A stretch of DNA of 64,000 bases, taken from positions 5,433,888 to 5,497,887 of the forward strand of contig NC_092676.1 of NCBI RefSeq assembly GCF_964355755.1, given 5' to 3'. Every line of letters begins with the position of its first letter. Position 1 is the stretch's first letter. Of this stretch, positions 61,699-64,000 are shown piece after piece. Under the pieces are notes generated by a model, which searched no databases, was not told the DNA's origin, and saw nothing but the letters and a program-made list of their open reading frames with translations. A program made the translations under genes and the position numbers. This DNA comes from Antedon mediterranea. Lineage: Eukaryota; Animalia; Echinodermata.

Positions 61699-62240
61699 GA
61701 CACACCCAGCCTCACTCTACCTATATCTAATGAAACTAGACACACCCAGCCTCACTCTACCTATATCTAATGAAACTAGACACACCCAGCCTCACTCTAC
61801 CTATATCTAATGAAACTAGACACACCCAGCCTCACTCTACCTATATCTAATGAAACTAGACACACCCAGCCTCACTCTACCTATATCTAATGAAACTAGA
61901 CACACCCAGCCTCACTCTACCTATATCTAATGAAACTAGACACACCCAGCCTCACTCTACCTATATCTAATGAAACTAGACACACCCAGCCTCACTCTAC
62001 CTATATCTAATGTAACTAGACACACCCAGCCTCACTCTACCTATATCTAATGGAACTAGACATACCCAGCCTCACTCTACCTATATCTAATGTAACTAGA
62101 CACACCCAGCCTCACTCTACCTATATCTAATTAAACTAGACACACCCAGCCTCACTCTACCTATATCTAATGAAACTAGACACACCCAGCCTCACTCTAC
62201 CTATATCTAATGTAACTAGATACACCCAGCCTCACTCTAC
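61699..62240. repeat. 40-bp minisatellite upstream of LGR copy 2
   Basis: Same unit as 29071-29732, about 13.5 copies. Confidence 0.95.
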
Positions 62241-62581
62241 AAATCATGGATGAATTTGGTTGTACAGTATACATCATGACGTCGTAGTCAGTAAAACAGA
62301 GTTCAGCTTATTATTCCATTTCAACAATCCTAGTTAACTAGTCCATGTGTTTTATAAATCTTGTGCTTATTACATGAATATTATATAATATCAATATAGT
62401 ATTAAGTATTAACAATTGTATTAATGCATCCGGTGATGTACTTCATCTAAATGTTTAATAATTAAAAGCAATATCTACAGGTAAATGAAGATAGTAACAA
62501 AGTGTATTGTTCGTATACTGAACTAACTCGCAGAAGTAAAGTTTATTAAATTAATTTTTACGGGTGAATTAAGTTAAGAAG

Positions 62582-62870
62582 ATGTTCATCTTAAGAGGAA
62601 TCATACTACTGTTTTATATTGCTATATTGATTGCATTGTTATTTTCTCGCTGTTTTAGTATCAGCTTCACTGACGTTAACGTTACCGATCGTGTCACCGA
62701 TTCCGTTATCGATCATGTTGCCTACCCGGTTACCGAGACCAATCATGTTACCGATCATGATATGACCGATTCTGATATTGATCCTGTTACCTATACAGTT
62801 ACCGATACCAATCCTGTTACGGATCCTGTCACTTTTCCGGTTGTCAAGACCAATCCTGTTACCCTTCCCG
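62582..62870 (+). CDS. LGR paralog (copy 2) exon 1; the gene continues beyond the window
   Basis: Three visible substitutions relative to 30073-30361 (V>M, I>T, one silent); same donor. Confidence 0.78.
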
Positions 62871-64000
62871 GTATGATTGCTTTACTTTTTAAATTTCATT
62901 ATGAATTTATTAATTAAGAATATGCGTATACTATAACTATACAGTATTATCACTAAATTTGATGGACATGTTATATTGATGACGTAGCCTATCTTTGAAC
63001 CGTAGACGTTACTAAAAAAAAGAACGAAACTAAAGAACTGAAAACATCAAAAGCACTCTCTTGTACACTTTTAAATAACGTTTATTTTTACGTTGACTTT
63101 ACTGTACCTTAATTTGTTAGCCGATTAATTTTTATTGTAATTAATTGGACTTTCACAGCTAGACATGTCTGACTAAAGACTGAAGATTGCATTTGTAACA
63201 ATAAATATTTGTTTTAATGATATTTTCCCCTTTTTCCTTTCATGCCTACAACGGCGCAGATCCGTTTTTAATAGTGGGGGCGAGGGAGAGGACGTATACA
63301 AAATTAAATACTTCGCAATCGATTTCTGAGCACATAAAAATTGTCACGATTTTGTCTCTTTGTCTACGATCTATGTTGTATAATAATACTTTTATTTTTC
63401 GGTTTAATTTATGAGCATGTCAATGTGATACATTCTACGTGAAAAAGTCGAGCTAATGTTTTTGATTTGTCCGACCTTGAATGTAAAAAGTAAAAAAAAA
63501 TTAGGCCTAATGGTCGATGAACAAAGTTAATCGAACATGACACGCCACACAAACTTCATTTTTGCTACTCGGAGACTGCGGCAATTAACAAACTCATAGA
63601 ATAATAAATAAAGACGCATACAACATAAGTTCTGGCTTAAAGAGTTTAATTAGTAAATGAACATTCGCCCATGTAAAACTGCACATAAAGTTCATAAGCA
63701 AAGTTTTAAAGCAATAATTCTAAGTAAGCACAACAGGGATGCTCAGAGAAAAATAGCCCGCGGCAGGTGCCAAGGCACCGCCAAGAGCAGGCTTGGAAAT
63801 TTTAGATATGACAACATACAAGAAGTTCAAGTACTGTAAATGGTAACAACTGTATAATATAATTTATGTCTATAGCAATATCATAATCAACGTTATAAAA
63901 TTAAACTTTTTCGTTTTGATCTGGAGTAGACAAAACATTGCCTTTACAGTACGTTCCACCGTACCGCCGCATTCCGCAATCGCCCAGTTCGCGCTAATGC

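Larger units (their letters stand above)
61296..64000 (+). repeat. Segmental/tandem duplicate of about 28650-31354
   Basis: Colinear, near-identical MITE, minisatellite, exon 1 and intron 1; offset 32509 bp at the ATG. Confidence 0.95.

Noticed and set aside
63531-63588. TTAA-flanked 54-bp indel between paralogs as a piggyBac insertion
   Set aside because: No TIRs; a microhomology deletion in copy 1 is simpler

Overview
AT-rich, intron-containing animal DNA, probably a marine invertebrate (inference); not prokaryotic. Left half: an NHERF/EBP50-like PDZ gene on the minus strand. Its 21.6 kb first intron holds minisatellites, MITEs and an apparently intact 8.9 kb Mutator-like transposon. That element has Foldback-type 16-bp-repeat termini and an 8-exon PHD-FLYWCH-DDE transposase, and is nested in a TA-flanked MITE. 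Right half: a leucine-rich-repeat GPCR with a type C/GRL101-RXFP-like hinge and 7TM but no LDLa. Its ectodomain is encoded by about 20 one-LRR-per-exon, phase 2-2 cassettes interleaved with about 15 pseudo-cassettes. The youngest cassettes are nucleotide-identical in the scaffold and differ by replacement changes concentrated at concave-face positions, resembling lamprey VLR modules. This is the most notable signal and the ORF track misses it. A dead CR1/L2-type LINE lies in one intron, and a near-identical second copy of the receptor starts 32.5 kb downstream and runs off the window. All exon models were read by hand from splice sites and reading frame, with no transcript evidence.
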